A stretch of DNA of 64,000 nt from Octopus bimaculoides (taxonomy: Eukaryota), in assembly GCF_001194135.2 (NCBI RefSeq), contig NC_069006.1, positions 16,477,763-16,541,762 of the forward strand, in the 5' to 3' direction. Made by a program: the position numbers and the translations under genes. Numbering within the stretch: the stretch's first letter is position 1; each line of letters starts with the position of its first letter. Shown here one piece after another: positions 63,285-64,000 of this stretch. Under the pieces are notes generated by a model. That model was given only the letters and a program-made list of their open reading frames with translations. It was not told where the DNA came from and searched no databases.

Positions 63285-63361
63285 ACACATATCCAAAAGC
63301 AGTCCAATAAAATGACATAAAAGTGGAACTATGGTGATCTGGGATGTGACAAAATACTTAC

Positions 63362-63475
63362 ATCTTGTTTTCCTTTCGACATTTCTTCAAGCTGCTGTTG
63401 TAGTTCTTCCAGCTCTATTTCTAGATTCTTCTTAGCTTTCACAGCAGAGGCAGCAGTAAAGGCTGCATCTTCCAA
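63362..63475 (-). CDS. MYO18: Myosin XVIII-like coiled-coil exon LEDAAFTAASAVKAKKNLEIELEELQQQLEEMSKGKQD; the gene continues beyond the window
   Basis: tttcag acceptor and gtaagt donor; 114 nt, phase 0-0. Confidence 0.92.
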
Positions 63476-63734
63476 CTGAAACACACACAAGAGAAACATG
63501 AATGGACACTGGAAGGAAATGTTGATAACTGCCATTTCAACTTTACTATAACAAAACACCACCTTCTACTCTCTCTCCATCAATGATTATAATCAGAATA
63601 TCATCATCATTTAATGTCTTGTTGTCAGACTGCCCATATCCTGCATCAAATACTGTCTTTGTAATCTCAGATTTTAAAACAAACTCATAATTTTCTTATG
63701 TTTCCTTAAACATTCTCTAGAACAATACTATATG

Positions 63735-63937
63735 CAAAACCAAATATATGACAATACAGTTCTATATTTAAGAGATGAGGAATTATGTACATTATTTACA
63801 TTATTTACATTCGACGGTTATTTGTCCTCATCTTGTTTGTTGTTAACATGTTTCGGCTGATATACCCTCCAGCCTTCATCAGGTGTCTTGGAGAAATTTC
63901 GAACCTGGGTTCTCATTCCTAAGGTATTTTTCAATGC

Positions 63938-63993
<56 letters not shown>

Positions 63994-64000
63994 TCACTGC
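63735..64000 (-). mobile_element. Probable Penelope-like retroelement terminal-repeat fragment next to (TAT)n
   Basis: Carries a CUGAUGAAG...CGAAAC hammerhead-type motif and abuts an AAT microsatellite. The family assignment is inferred; no coding sequence is visible. Confidence 0.55.
63841..63890 (-). ncRNA. Minimal hammerhead-ribozyme-like motif
   Basis: CUGAUGA-A-GGCUG-(10-nt loop)-CAGCC-GAAA-CAUG-U-U: palindromic ACAUGU helix III; helix I is weak. Confidence 0.6.

Overview
This is an AT-rich, repeat-dense eukaryotic scaffold with 7 N-gaps. The microsatellite load, tRNA-SINE families and RTE tails suggest a coleoid cephalopod such as Octopus, which is my inference and not verified. Two convergent spliced genes can be rebuilt by hand, with canonical GT-AG junctions and consistent phases. 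(1) On the + strand, a 7-exon, 323-aa type I membrane protein (3253-38476) has a signal peptide, one CUB-like domain, one TM helix and a Tyr-motif tail. (2) On the - strand, the last 8 coding exons (63475-53176) encode the coiled-coil tail of a class XVIII myosin (MYO18/Mhcl-like). Introns and intergenic DNA hold RTE LINE fragments, several tRNA-derived SINE families, decayed Tc1, mariner and maT-type transposons, MITEs/foldbacks and large TA/CA satellites. The most striking hidden pattern is six type I hammerhead-ribozyme-like motifs in the introns of both genes. Their helix sequences are unrelated, but all share a short palindromic or near-palindromic helix III, as in Penelope-like-element hammerheads. 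One (32051-32138, sense to the CUB gene intron) retains the full catalytic core; the others carry recognisable lesions. Most long ORFs in the supplied track are artefacts of microsatellites or N-gaps.
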